Assembly (NCBI GenBank): GCA_039819565.1
Contig: JBCBRU010000002.1
Location: 1-54,688 of the forward strand
Source: Myxococcota bacterium
Lineage (GTDB): Bacteria; Myxococcota; Kuafuiibacteriia; Kuafuiibacteriales; Kuafuiibacteriaceae
Direction of reading: 5' to 3'
Length of the DNA: 54,688 bases
Shown: positions 8,213-17,940 of the stretch, in pieces
Layout: the number at the start of each line of letters is the position of its first letter
How positions within the stretch are numbered: position 1 is the first letter of the stretch
The notes under the pieces: generated by a model
The model's input: the letters and a program-made list of their open reading frames with translations, nothing else
Database searches by the model: none
Told to the model about the DNA's origin: nothing
Program-made: the position numbers and the translations under genes

Positions 8213-8602
8213 ATGGCTCTCATCATCCACCGCGGCGCTCGGCCCCGCTCGGAACGGCTCGTGCTTGTCGGGGGCGATGGGCGCTGGACTCGACCTCTGC
8301 TGCGGCTGGCCCAGGCGATGGGGTTCGCGACGACCTGGCTGGAGGGCGAAGACGCGCTGGCCGAGGCCCGGATGGATCGTCACGATCTCCTCGTAGCTGC
8401 CGACGTGGCCACGGCCCGCCGGGTCCTGGCGGCTCGCGCCCACGGGGACGCCCACCCTCCGATGGTGGTGCTCACCGGAAGCCTGCACAGCCTCTCCACG
8501 CCGGTGCCGCGTTCCCTGGTGCCGCTGCCCCTCCCGATCACCCTCGAGAGCCTCGCGGAGGCCCTCGGAGCTCAAGACCTCTCCGACCGGCGAGCCAGCT
8601 GA
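8213..8602 (+). CDS. small CheY-like receiver-fold protein, apparently degenerate (pseudo-receiver)
   Basis: ATG 8213 was chosen because third positions become G/C-rich only from here. The pattern LVLVGGDG...HDLLVAAD...MVVLTGS resembles receiver strands beta1/3/4. The acidic pair and the conserved Lys are not evident. Confidence 0.45.
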   Translation: MALIIHRGARPRSERLVLVGGDGRWTRPLLRLAQAMGFATTWLEGEDALAEARMDRHDLLVAADVATARRVLAARAHGDAHPPMVVLTGSLHSLSTPVPRSLVPLPLPITLESLAEALGAQDLSDRRAS

Positions 8603-8646
8603 CTCCCGGCGATGAGACTGATCCCCGGACCCTGCTAAGCTGAGGC

Positions 8647-9504
8647 ATGGCCTTCCCCGAACGCCCCCGGGCGCTCATCACCGGAGCGGGGAGCGGCCTC
8701 GGGCGCGCCCTCGCCGTCGCCCTCGCGGAACGACGGGCACGTCTCTTCCTCACGGACATCGACCCCGAAGGCCTGAGCCGAACCGCCGAGGCGGCCGCCG
8801 CGGCCGGAGCTGAGGTGATGACCGCGCCCCATGACGTAGGGGACGCCGAGGCTTGGGCCGGACTTCCCGAGCGGCTCGAACCCTGGGGGGGCCTCGACAT
8901 CCTCGTAAACAACGCCGGGGTGGCGGTCTCCGGCCCCATGGGGGCGGTCTCGTTGGACAACTGGAAATGGCAGCTCGACGTGAACCTGTGGAGCGTCGTG
9001 TACGGCTGCCACACCTTCGTGCCCATGTTCCGGTCGCAGGGCTCGGGCTGGATCCTCAACGTGGCCTCCACCGCGGGGCTGGTGTCCCTCCCCGAGCTCG
9101 GGCCTTACAACGTCACCAAGTCGGCGGTGGTCGCTCTCTCCCGCACCCTCCGGGCCGAGCTCGCGGGCACCGGCGTCAAAGTCAGCGCGCTTTGCCCGAC
9201 TTTCTTTCAAAGCCGCATCCACGAGCGCGCCCGCACTGCCGAATCACAAGTGGAATTGACGCGCGTCCTCATCGAAGGGGCGCGCTGGACGGCCGACGAC
9301 GTCGCGCAGGTCGCCCTGCGTAACCTAGAGCGCGGAAAGCTCCACATTCTCCCCCAGCTCGACGCCAAGCTGGCCTGGCTTCTCCAGCGCCTGTGGCCCT
9401 CCGGCTTTCAGTGGGTGCTCACCCAGCTCCACGGCTCCGCGCTCCTCGAGGACTGGGCTAAACGTCGGTCCAAGGCTCTGCCGGCGCCCGGAGAAACGAC
9501 CTGA
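8647..9504 (+). CDS. short-chain dehydrogenase/reductase (SDR)
   Basis: TGAGSGLGRALA cofactor motif, NNAGV, and catalytic YNVTKSAVVAL (YxxxK). Confidence 0.9.
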   Translation: MAFPERPRALITGAGSGLGRALAVALAERRARLFLTDIDPEGLSRTAEAAAAAGAEVMTAPHDVGDAEAWAGLPERLEPWGGLDILVNNAGVAVSGPMGAVSLDNWKWQLDVNLWSVVYGCHTFVPMFRSQGSGWILNVASTAGLVSLPELGPYNVTKSAVVALSRTLRAELAGTGVKVSALCPTFFQSRIHERARTAESQVELTRVLIEGARWTADDVAQVALRNLERGKLHILPQLDAKLAWLLQRLWPSGFQWVLTQLHGSALLEDWAKRRSKALPAPGETT

Positions 9505-9591
9505 CCTTCGTTTATGACCCGCAAGGTTCTGAGGCCTCGCGTTTTTTCGGGTCGCCGCCGCGGGGTGGACCCATGGGCGGTCCCGCCGCGC

Positions 9592-10920
9592 CTACCGGCC
9601 CCGCTCGAAACCCACGGGAACCAACAACGCTCCCTCGTACGCGCCGACGTCGCGGCTCACGCTCAAGGTGGAGCCCTCGACGAGCCCCATCTTCGGGGCG
9701 GGCTCGAGGAGGCGAACCTCGCAGCCTGCCTCGGCGCAACGCAACATGCGCCCGGTGACGAGCTCCGTCTCGTCGATCGGAACCGCGAGGCCGACGTCGG
9801 GCACGAGCCGAAGCAGCAGCAGGTCCGGGTGACCGGCCACCCCCAGGAACTTTTCGAAGAAGGGATCGACGCGCCATCGTCCGAACAGAAAGGGAGGCGG
9901 CTGCTCCTCATCGCCAAAGGGGCTCGGCGGGAGCCCCAGCTCTGCCACCTCAGCTGCCGTCAAGGGTTCGAGCGCGGCCGGGCGGTTGGCTTCGACGACC
10001 GTCCGAGCGGAGCCGTCCGGGGAGAATATCTCGAAGACGGGCCCCACCTCGGTGACGTGGATGTAGACGAGCTCCTCCCCGAGCCTCGACCACTGATAGA
10101 CCGGCACCAGCCGCTCGTCGCCCTGGGCGTCCGGAGCACTCTCAAGAATCGCGGCGTCGCTCTCCTCTCCTTGGATACGGTGGGCGGCCGCGACGAACTC
10201 CGGAGTGGGCGCCCGTCCCTCCGCGGTGGCCGGGATGAGCCCGCGGGTGGGCACATGCTCGAAGGCGAAGGTGAGGGTCTGACCGAGCTCCAAGGGGACG
10301 TTCATGGGCTGGTTCAACAGCCGGCCGCTGCAACCTTTCTTGCTACAGGAGCGCAGTGAGATCCACACGTATTCTATCGCGCCGGCGCCGGACACCGCGA
10401 CGCGCAGATCGTCGGGGTACTCCGGGTGGAAGCGACTCGCGAGCCGAGGGTCGTCCCGCCACGGACCCCATCGTCGTCCGTCCAGCGGCTGGGGTCCGTA
10501 GTGGGCGACCCACTCTGGACGTTCGGGCAGGCCCCGGGCTCGACGCGCGGCCGCGTCGATCACCTTGAGTCCAGCCGGCTCGAGGCTCACGCGGCGGATC
10601 TGGGCGATCCCATCCTCGTCGTGCCACTGCGCGGACGGGCCTCCCGCTCGGTCTACATAAGTGTAGGCCACGACATCCCCCACTTCGATCCAAACCCCCA
10701 AGGGGAGCCGGCGAGCGTCCGGGCCCGGCGCCCAGACGCCCTCCGCGCCGCGTACCTCCAACCGAGGTGGCGCCTGATCGGGGCTCGAGCTCTGGGCCAT
10801 GGCCCCCGATGACAAGAGCGAAACGGCGGTCCACGCCAATATGAACGGGCTCTCCAGCTTCGTCTCGCCCACGCCCGCTTCTACCATCCGCATCAAGGCG
10901 ATCGGGCCGTCCAAGAGCAC
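9592..10920 (-). CDS. hypothetical exported protein with DUF2314-like segment
   Basis: The minus strand shows natural composition and G/C-rich third positions. The opposite-strand ORF 9514-10359 is Arg/Gly-rich. Hydrophobic N-terminal segment FILAWTAVSLLSSGAMA. EYVWISLRSCSKKGCSGRLLNQPMNVPLELGQTLTFAFEHV resembles DUF2314. The start is unresolved (10920, 10893 or 10887). Confidence 0.6.
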   Translation of the reverse strand: MLLDGPIALMRMVEAGVGETKLESPFILAWTAVSLLSSGAMAQSSSPDQAPPRLEVRGAEGVWAPGPDARRLPLGVWIEVGDVVAYTYVDRAGGPSAQWHDEDGIAQIRRVSLEPAGLKVIDAAARRARGLPERPEWVAHYGPQPLDGRRWGPWRDDPRLASRFHPEYPDDLRVAVSGAGAIEYVWISLRSCSKKGCSGRLLNQPMNVPLELGQTLTFAFEHVPTRGLIPATAEGRAPTPEFVAAAHRIQGEESDAAILESAPDAQGDERLVPVYQWSRLGEELVYIHVTEVGPVFEIFSPDGSARTVVEANRPAALEPLTAAEVAELGLPPSPFGDEEQPPPFLFGRWRVDPFFEKFLGVAGHPDLLLLRLVPDVGLAVPIDETELVTGRMLRCAEAGCEVRLLEPAPKMGLVEGSTLSVSRDVGAYEGALLVPVGFERGR

Positions 10921-10998
10921 AGCTCAACTCTTTCGGTGCTCTAGTCCCCTGACAGGATGATTACTTACATCGCCATACATCTCCAAATCAACGGGTTT

Positions 10999-12453
10999 CT
11001 AGAGGTCGGTCTCCGTCTCGGTCACGTCGTAGGTGAAGACCCGCCCGCGACGAACCAGGCTTCGAAAGTACGTGCGGGGACCTGTCACCGCGAGGTCCAG
11101 ACGGTCGACATCGATATAGTCTCGGACGACTTGAGCCACGTCTGCGGCGGTCACCCCGTCCAGTGCGGGAGGGGGGCCCACCTGCACCGAGGCGGGGCAG
11201 CGGTCTCGGCCCGCGCATCCGACCCGAACCTCGGCGGCATGGTAGGCGACGGTGACGGCCAGGGCGCGGGCGGAGAGCGGGACCCACGACCACGCCCCCA
11301 TGAGCTGGGCCTTGGCCCGCTGAAGCTCGGCCCGGTCGACGTCCCCGCGGCCGAGCGACTTGAGCCACGCCCGGTAGTCGTCGATCAGCCGGGCCGTCTT
11401 TCGGTGCGTGATCGAAGCTTCGAAGAACAGCTCGGTGACGTTGGCTCGCTGCACGACGCGGGAGCCGGTTCCGTAGGTTGCGCCGTGCCTCTCGCGATAG
11501 ATGGCGTTCATCGGAGAGTGGCGGCTCTCCATCATTTCCGCCAGGGCGAGGAAGGCGGCGTGTCGCCGAGGGGACTGAGGGCCTGGCCCGACGTGGAGAG
11601 CCCGCAAGAGCGTTTGCCCTCGCCGGTACCAAAACGCGTGCACCTCGGTGCCCCCGGTGGACCGAGGGGGCATGGGAGGCAAGGTCGGAGGCACCGGGCG
11701 CTCGCCGCCGACGCCGGCGAAGAGATGTTCGAGGCGTTCGAAGGAAGGCAGGTCTGCTTCCGGACCCACCACCACGAGCACCGAGCGCCGGTCCGGGAAG
11801 AGTCGTCGCAGCTGAACGAGAAAACCTTCCGGGTCAATGTCCGTGAGGGCTTCGAGGGTTCCCCAGGCGTCCCGCGCCCACGGATGGTCCTCTCCGTAGC
11901 GGCTCCTCCGCAAGGCCACCGTCATTCGCTCGTGGGCCGACCGAGACCCACTCGCGAGGTTCTTCAGCACTCTGAGGTGAATCTGGCGATACGTCCCGGA
12001 CGCCACCTCGGTGCTTCTCAGCGTCCGGGTGAGGGTCTCGAGCCCTTCGTCAAGGGCGCTCGGGGTGGCTACGACGTTGAGCGAAACCCACGGAGCGCGG
12101 TTAGACCCTGCGAACTCCGCATCGAGAGAGGGTTCGGCATCGAGAAGGCCGAGGGCCACCGTCTGGGCGTGCATGAGCCGCACGTCTCCGCGGGCCGCCT
12201 GCGGCGCGATGAGGCACGCGCCGGCCAGCCTGGTGTCGGCGGGGATGCGCAGCACCCAGAGCCCTCCCGAGAGCTGACGGACCGCGTATCGACGGGTGCC
12301 AAACGCGGCTTCACCGCCCGGCCTCGAGAGGACGGCCGGGCCCGGCACTTCGACCCTCTCGCGGGGAGGGAAGGGAGGCAGAGGGGAACGCCCCGACGCG
12401 CATCCCCAGGGTCCGGTGAGGACCGCGAGGGCGACGAGTCGGGCCCGGTTCAT
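10999..12453 (-). CDS. M16-family peptidase-like lipoprotein, non-catalytic subunit type (no HxxEH)
   Basis: Signal plus lipobox MNRARLVALAVLTGPWGC. The two-lobed M16 length and pattern are present but no HxxEH motif. The ATG overlaps the stop of the upstream M16 gene (ATGA at 12450-12453). Confidence 0.75.
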   Translation of the reverse strand: MNRARLVALAVLTGPWGCASGRSPLPPFPPRERVEVPGPAVLSRPGGEAAFGTRRYAVRQLSGGLWVLRIPADTRLAGACLIAPQAARGDVRLMHAQTVALGLLDAEPSLDAEFAGSNRAPWVSLNVVATPSALDEGLETLTRTLRSTEVASGTYRQIHLRVLKNLASGSRSAHERMTVALRRSRYGEDHPWARDAWGTLEALTDIDPEGFLVQLRRLFPDRRSVLVVVGPEADLPSFERLEHLFAGVGGERPVPPTLPPMPPRSTGGTEVHAFWYRRGQTLLRALHVGPGPQSPRRHAAFLALAEMMESRHSPMNAIYRERHGATYGTGSRVVQRANVTELFFEASITHRKTARLIDDYRAWLKSLGRGDVDRAELQRAKAQLMGAWSWVPLSARALAVTVAYHAAEVRVGCAGRDRCPASVQVGPPPALDGVTAADVAQVVRDYIDVDRLDLAVTGPRTYFRSLVRRGRVFTYDVTETETDL

Positions 12454-13835
12454 GGCGTGACGACCTCGAGAAAGGGCCGGAAGCGTTTGGGGTCGTCCTT
12501 GAGGCTGAGGGCGAGCTGGGGGCCTTTCTCGAGGGCGCGGACGAGCTCCGTCAGGGCCTCCGGAGAGACCTCACTGAGGGCTGCGAGTCGGCTCTCGTGG
12601 CTGGCTGGGTCACCCCGCAGGAGCGCCGCCGCGGCCGACCGGGCTCGACTCAGCCGGGACGAAACTCGGCGCCGCTCGGCGTAGATCTCCCGGCGGCGGG
12701 CCCCATCGATCTCAGGTCCGGCGTGCACCTCCCCCAGGGCCTCGGCGAGGGCCTCCGCGGTGAGTTTCGCGACGCTGTGGAGGGTGCGATTGGCGGCGGG
12801 GATCACGTCGACCTCGAGCACGCCCGCGTCGCGGTACAGATAGAAGGTGGTGTGGCAGCTGTGACTGACGCGCAGCAAGGCTCGGCCGATCCGGCGCGAC
12901 AAGAGGGACTCAGCGATCTGGGCCGCCGCCCAGGGAACTCTCTGGGAGAGCTTCAGGAGCTGAAAATGCTGCTCCCAGACAATCGACCGATGAAGGATGA
13001 CTTCCTTTCGTCCGTGGGTCACGGCCGGGATCGGGTCCGGCCGGGACGTGGGCGGGAGCGACGGAATGGTCCCGAACAGGGCGAGGATTCGGGCCCGTAC
13101 CGCCTCGGCGTCGAACGACCCCGTGATGGCGATCGCGGCTCGGTCGGGACGATAGAAGGTCTCCCCGAACCATCGGGCGTCTTCGAGCCGGTGCTGTCCG
13201 ACCTCCAGCGCGACGTCGCGATTCGGAGGGGTGAGCGGATGAGCCGGGCCGAACAAGGCTTCCTGCTGGACCCGGTCCTGGAGCATGTCGGTCTCGTCGA
13301 ACCGGAGGCGCTGCTCTTCTTGGACCACCTTTCGTTCGAGCCTCAGCGCCCTCCGGGTCATCTCCGCCGAGGGGTTGGCCATCCGCTGAAGCTCGATGCG
13401 GAGGAGGACGTCGAGCTCCGTGACCGGGACCTCCGCGTAGTAGCTGGTGGTCTCTCGACCGGTGCCGGCGTTGATGTACCCCCCTGCGCTCTCGATGTGC
13501 CGCCTCAGGTCGATGCCCAGCGCTTCGGGGGCCGCGTCGAAAGAGAGGTGCTCGAACAGGTGAGCCAGCCCCGGACGGTCGCGAGGCTCATCTCGGTCGC
13601 CGGCGCGATACGCCGTGGCGATGGCCACCCAAGGAGGACCGGGCTCGGCCTCCAAAAGCACTTTCAGACCATTCTCGAGCTCGAACTCCGTCGGGCCGTC
13701 TTTCGTCCGCGAAGCGGGACGGGAAGGCTGAGGGGCGGAAGGCTCCCCCCTCCCGCCGAGGGGCTGGGCGGGAAGCGGATCGTGTGGGCCTGGCGCCGCA
13801 AGCACCGTCGCCGCCAGGGCCGCCGCCAGCATCAA
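12450..13835 (-). CDS. M16-family (pitrilysin-type) zinc peptidase, catalytic subunit type
   Basis: HxxEH present in GLAHLFEHLSF. N-terminal strand ENGLKVLL. Signal-like MMLAAALAATVLAAPG. Confidence 0.85.
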   Translation of the reverse strand: MMLAAALAATVLAAPGPHDPLPAQPLGGRGEPSAPQPSRPASRTKDGPTEFELENGLKVLLEAEPGPPWVAIATAYRAGDRDEPRDRPGLAHLFEHLSFDAAPEALGIDLRRHIESAGGYINAGTGRETTSYYAEVPVTELDVLLRIELQRMANPSAEMTRRALRLERKVVQEEQRLRFDETDMLQDRVQQEALFGPAHPLTPPNRDVALEVGQHRLEDARWFGETFYRPDRAAIAITGSFDAEAVRARILALFGTIPSLPPTSRPDPIPAVTHGRKEVILHRSIVWEQHFQLLKLSQRVPWAAAQIAESLLSRRIGRALLRVSHSCHTTFYLYRDAGVLEVDVIPAANRTLHSVAKLTAEALAEALGEVHAGPEIDGARRREIYAERRRVSSRLSRARSAAAALLRGDPASHESRLAALSEVSPEALTELVRALEKGPQLALSLKDDPKRFRPFLEVVTP

Positions 13836-13917
13836 AACGTCTTAGTAGCTGAATCGACCCGCTCGTTCCATCCAGCAATCACCCCACCCGCGGGCCGAAC
13901 ACGAGGTCCTGTTCCGT

Positions 13918-15267
13918 TTAGGTCGACGATGGTCGACCGCTCAGCCGCTCCCGGAGCTTGCGGGCCGCGGAGCGACCGGCGCCGAGCTCGCGTCGGCCCG
14001 CCCCTCCGACGGCGACGAGGGTGAGGCGCTCCGGGCGCAGATACTTTCGCGCCACCCGCCTCAGGTCTGAGGGTTGGACGGACTCCAGCCTCTGCAGGCG
14101 GTCCTCCGGCCCCTGAGCCCGACCGAAGAGATGGTCGACGCCGAACCACTGGACCATGTCGTAGACGCTGTCGAGGCCGAGCTCGAGACCGATGGCGATG
14201 CGGCTCCGGACCCGCTCCAGCTCGTCGGGGGTGACTCCGTCCTCCTGGAGCGAACCCAGGATGCCTCCCAGAGTCTCGAGGGCGAAAGGAATCTTGCGGT
14301 GGGCCACCGCCATCTCGATGTCCAAAGTGCCCGTGTCGGCATAGGTCACGAGGTCCGCGCCCACTTCATAGGCGATGCCCCGCTTTTCGACCATCTCCAC
14401 CTGGAGGCGAGCGGACAGGCCGCCGTCGAGCACGCGGCGGAGAAGAACGAGGGCGGGATGATCGGCGCTCCCGTCCGAGTTGGTTCGAAACGAGAGCCGC
14501 AAGCGGGTCTGCGGGCTATCCGTGTGGCGGGACACGAAGCCGGGCTGGGCGGGGGCCGGTCGTCGTCCGGGGCCATGCCGGCGCCCGGAGTGCAGGCCTG
14601 CGAAGGCTCTCTCGGCGGCACGAAAGCAGGCCTCCGGCTCAACCGCTCCCGCGAAGACCAAAGCCAGGTTCTTCGCTCCGTAGAAGCGCTGCCGGTGGCG
14701 CTCGAGGTCGGCCACGGAGAAGCGGCGGACGTTCTTGCGCGGCCCCTCGATGGATTGGCCGAGGCCGTGGCCCTCGAACTGGAGTCGATGCGCGAGGGTG
14801 TCGACCTCGATCTCTCGGCCTCGCTCGTCCAGGGCGTCGAGCATCTCTTCGAGAATGATCTCTCGCTCGATGTCGAGGTCGTCGAAGCTTGGGGCCCGGA
14901 ACATCTGCCCGAGGATTTCGGTGGCATCGGTCACGAAGCTCGGGTGCAGGTGGACCGGATAGGCGGAGTGATCGCGCGTGGTGTAGCCATCGAGATGGCC
15001 GCCGAGGTCCTCCATGGCGGCGTTGAGGGCGGTCGAGTCGGCGAAGCCCTCGCAGCCTCGGAAGAACATGTGCTCGAGCACGTGGGACAGGCCGTTGTCC
15101 TCGGGGGCTTCGTGGCGGCTCCCTACCCGAGCCAGCAGCGCCACCTGGGCGGAGTGAAGATGGGGCATCGCCACCACCACCACGTCGAGGCCATTGTCGA
15201 GGGTGCGGCGGAAGTGCGTGTAGGGCGAAGCGGGGCGAGCGCGAAGCTGGCGTCTATGGCGAGTCAT
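13918..15267 (-). CDS. M16-family zinc peptidase
   Basis: HxxEH present in GLSHVLEHMFFRG, plus LDNGLDVVVV. The ATG overlaps the stop of the upstream lipoprotein gene (ATGA at 15264-15267). Confidence 0.85.
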   Translation of the reverse strand: MTRHRRQLRARPASPYTHFRRTLDNGLDVVVVAMPHLHSAQVALLARVGSRHEAPEDNGLSHVLEHMFFRGCEGFADSTALNAAMEDLGGHLDGYTTRDHSAYPVHLHPSFVTDATEILGQMFRAPSFDDLDIEREIILEEMLDALDERGREIEVDTLAHRLQFEGHGLGQSIEGPRKNVRRFSVADLERHRQRFYGAKNLALVFAGAVEPEACFRAAERAFAGLHSGRRHGPGRRPAPAQPGFVSRHTDSPQTRLRLSFRTNSDGSADHPALVLLRRVLDGGLSARLQVEMVEKRGIAYEVGADLVTYADTGTLDIEMAVAHRKIPFALETLGGILGSLQEDGVTPDELERVRSRIAIGLELGLDSVYDMVQWFGVDHLFGRAQGPEDRLQRLESVQPSDLRRVARKYLRPERLTLVAVGGAGRRELGAGRSAARKLRERLSGRPSST

Positions 15268-15743
15268 TCGGCGTGGGGCCCGACAAAAAAGCGGGCGCGA
15301 GCGAACATGGCGCCCGAGCGAGGGTCCGTCCAGTGATCGACGATGTCTATGCCGGAAACGGCCTCACGTTCCCCTACACCCAGCTTTCGCATCAAATTGG
15401 CGCGGGCGCGATTTTCCGCGGTGATACGCGCCAATCCGCGGTTGGCCACCCCCCGCACGGAGCCCACGCCAAAGATGACCCCGGGGGCGGTCACGTCCTC
15501 CCGCACCCACCGGGGAGCCCGTTCCGAGCTCGGACCCGTCCGTCCGCGAGATAGCCCCGCTCCGGAGGGATCGGCTCCAGAGGGATCCGTCTCCTCGGGG
15601 TCGGGGGCCACGGTCGCGCTGGAGGTGGTGACCTGAAAGGGGGGCGCGGCTCCAGCGTCTCTCGCCTCGTCAGCTCTTCGCGCTGGAGACTCCAGGCATG
15701 ACCAGCTCCCCAGGAGGAGGAGCACTGTCCATCGTCGTCCCAT
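15264..15743 (-). CDS. lipoprotein, LPP20-like C-terminal domain
   Basis: Signal plus lipobox LLLLGSWSC, then a Pro/Asp-rich linker. GVIFGVGSVRGVANRGLARITAENRARANLMRKLG resembles LPP20-type lipoproteins. Confidence 0.55.
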   Translation of the reverse strand: MGRRWTVLLLLGSWSCLESPARRADEARDAGAAPPFQVTTSSATVAPDPEETDPSGADPSGAGLSRGRTGPSSERAPRWVREDVTAPGVIFGVGSVRGVANRGLARITAENRARANLMRKLGVGEREAVSGIDIVDHWTDPRSGAMFARARFFVGPHAE

Positions 15744-15870
15744 CCAAGCTCTGTCCGTCTAGGGGGCGTCTTCAAATCCGAAACGGGGACATACGGAGGA
15801 TTCGAAGACGCCCCGAGATCGACCCCCGAGCTCCGAGCCTCGCCGTCCTAAGCCCCCGTCAGGGATGTCG

Positions 15871-16647
15871 TCAGGGCATGGTGAGGCCGCCGTCGACGGC
15901 GATGTACTGGCCCGTGCAGAAGCCGGTGAGGTCCGAGGCCAGGGCCACGGCGGTACGAGCGAGGTCTTCGGGGCTTCCGAGGCGCCGGAGCGGAGTGCTG
16001 GACCGCACGATCTCTTGCACCTCGGGGGTCGTGGGGGCGCTGGCGTCGGTGGTCATGATCAGGCCCCCGCCGATCATGTTGACGCGGATCCCCTCGGGGC
16101 CGAGCTCCGCGGCCAGGTTTCGGGAGAGCCCGAGGAGACCGGCCTTGGCCGTCGTGTAGGCGTGGTACTGCACGACAGGGTGGGTGATGAGGTTGGTGAG
16201 GATGTTGACCACGCTGCCTCCGCCCCGGGCCCGGAGGTGGGGGAGCGCGGCCTGAACTACGTGTACAGCCGCCGCTACGGTGCCGTCGACCTGGGCCTGG
16301 AACTGCTCCCAGCCCATGTTCTCGAAGCGCGGGTTGGCCACGGGGTCGAAGCGGTAGTCGTGAAGGGCGTTGTTCACCACCACGTCGAGCCCCCCAAAGG
16401 TTTCGGCGAGGCGATTCACGGCGGCCTCCACCTGTCCTTTGTCGCGGACGTCCGCGTGCAGAGCGAGGGCTCGTCCCCCCGCCGCCTCGATGCGGCCTAC
16501 GACCTCCGCCGCGCGGGCCTCAGACTGAAAGTAGTTCACGCCGACGGCGGCGCCGGCGGCGGCGCAAGCCTCCGCGATGGCGGCCCCGATGCCTCGGCTC
16601 GACCCGGTCACGAGAGCGACCCGGCCCTCGAGCAGTGATTGGCTCAT
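15871..16647 (-). CDS. FabG-like classical SDR oxidoreductase
   Basis: TGSSRGIGAAIA, NNA, catalytic YTTAKAGLLGL (YxxxK), and IRVNMIGGG. Confidence 0.9.
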   Translation of the reverse strand: MSQSLLEGRVALVTGSSRGIGAAIAEACAAAGAAVGVNYFQSEARAAEVVGRIEAAGGRALALHADVRDKGQVEAAVNRLAETFGGLDVVVNNALHDYRFDPVANPRFENMGWEQFQAQVDGTVAAAVHVVQAALPHLRARGGGSVVNILTNLITHPVVQYHAYTTAKAGLLGLSRNLAAELGPEGIRVNMIGGGLIMTTDASAPTTPEVQEIVRSSTPLRRLGSPEDLARTAVALASDLTGFCTGQYIAVDGGLTMP

Positions 16648-16705
16648 TCGATGGCCCCTACCAAGTCGGTTCTCGATCGGCCACCCCGTCGGCCCCTGGC
16701 GGGAC

Positions 16706-17881
16706 TCAGCTCAGCCCCAGCCCTCGCGCGACGAGGCGGAGGCCGAGGCCGAGGCCCACCAGGAACACGAGCCCCCCGGCCAGGTTGGCGAAAGTTCCAT
16801 TGACATGGCTTCCCAGAAGATCTCGTCGGTTCATGGTGGCCAGGAGAAAGGCGATAACCACCGGGAGGAGGATGCCGTTGGCTACCTGCGCGGCCACGAT
16901 GAGAGCGACGGGGTCGAATCCGGTGGCGCCGATGGCCACCCCGCAGGCCACGATGCCGAGGCTCGCCGCCAGGAAACTCCCGCGGCCTGCCGCGGGAAAG
17001 AGCTCTTGCACCACGAGCCCGGTGGCGAGAGGCGCGGTCAAGGCCGAGGTGAGTCCGGCGGCGAGCAGGCCCAGCCCCATCAAAGTACGGCCGGAGGGTC
17101 CCAAGGCCGCCTCGAGCCCCCTCGCGAGATCCGCCGGGGTACGGATGTCGGCCCCTCCCAGTTCGGCCGCGGTGCCGAGAATGAAGAGGGACACCAACCC
17201 CCCGAGAGCGATCGAGACCACCGTCTCCCGGCGAGCGTCGTCGGGTCCTCGCGCGTCGGCGCGGCTGGCGGAGGCATGAAGAAATAGGTTGTAGGGCACC
17301 ACCGTGGTGCCCACCAAGGCCACCGCGAGGGCCGGCTCGGTGAGAGGAAAGCTGGGGATGAGTCCGCTCGCCGCTGCCCCCGGGGAAGGCCCCGTCCCGA
17401 GATAGACGAACCCGAAGGCGATGCTCATCACCACCACGACCGCGGTCAAAGCACGCTGCAGAAAGAGCAGACCTCCCCGGGAGAGAGCCAGGGCCGCCCC
17501 GGCTCCGAGCGTCATCAGGGCGGGGGTGCGCGGAAGGGACTCTCCGAGCAAGATCTCGAGGCCGGCCAGAGCTCCGATCATGTTTCCCGCTTCGTAAGCG
17601 GCGTTGCCCACGGCGAGGGCGCCGAGAACCAACACCACGGTCCCCGTTCGGACCGCGGGCCCGCGACCCTCGAGGAGCGCCGTCCCGAGGCCCATGCGGG
17701 CTCCTGCGCCCAGTCGCGCCGCCGTGTCCTGAAGGACGGTGGTGGCGAACACCGAAAAGACGAGGGCCCAGAGCAAACCGTAGCCCGCGCGAGCGCCAGC
17801 CAGGGTGCAGGTGGCAACGGTGCCCGGGCCCACAAAGGCGGCGGTGACCAGCGCTGCGGGGCCGAGTCGGAGACGACGCAC
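16706..17881 (-). CDS. NRAMP-superfamily transporter homologue lacking the canonical metal-binding motifs
   Basis: About 11 hydrophobic helices, colinear by eye with E. coli MntH. LGPAALVTAAFVGPGTVAT aligns with MGPAFIAAIGYIDPGNFAT, and VGTTVVPYNLFLHAS with LGATIMPHVIYLHSS. DPGN is replaced by GPGT and MPH by VPY, so I do not call it mntH. Confidence 0.8.
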   Translation of the reverse strand: MRRLRLGPAALVTAAFVGPGTVATCTLAGARAGYGLLWALVFSVFATTVLQDTAARLGAGARMGLGTALLEGRGPAVRTGTVVLVLGALAVGNAAYEAGNMIGALAGLEILLGESLPRTPALMTLGAGAALALSRGGLLFLQRALTAVVVVMSIAFGFVYLGTGPSPGAAASGLIPSFPLTEPALAVALVGTTVVPYNLFLHASASRADARGPDDARRETVVSIALGGLVSLFILGTAAELGGADIRTPADLARGLEAALGPSGRTLMGLGLLAAGLTSALTAPLATGLVVQELFPAAGRGSFLAASLGIVACGVAIGATGFDPVALIVAAQVANGILLPVVIAFLLATMNRRDLLGSHVNGTFANLAGGLVFLVGLGLGLRLVARGLGLS

Positions 17882-17940
17882 GTCGGCATCGATGCCACGG
17901 AAACAGCCCCGTCACGAGCGGGCACGCCCCGCGGGAGGGC

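Noticed and set aside
10957-15336. Plus-strand ORFs of 575, 475 and 420 aa (10957-12684, 12597-14024, 14074-15336)
   Set aside because: All are antisense to the three M16 peptidase genes, which carry HxxEH and family motifs. Their composition is Arg/Gly-rich and no motifs are present.
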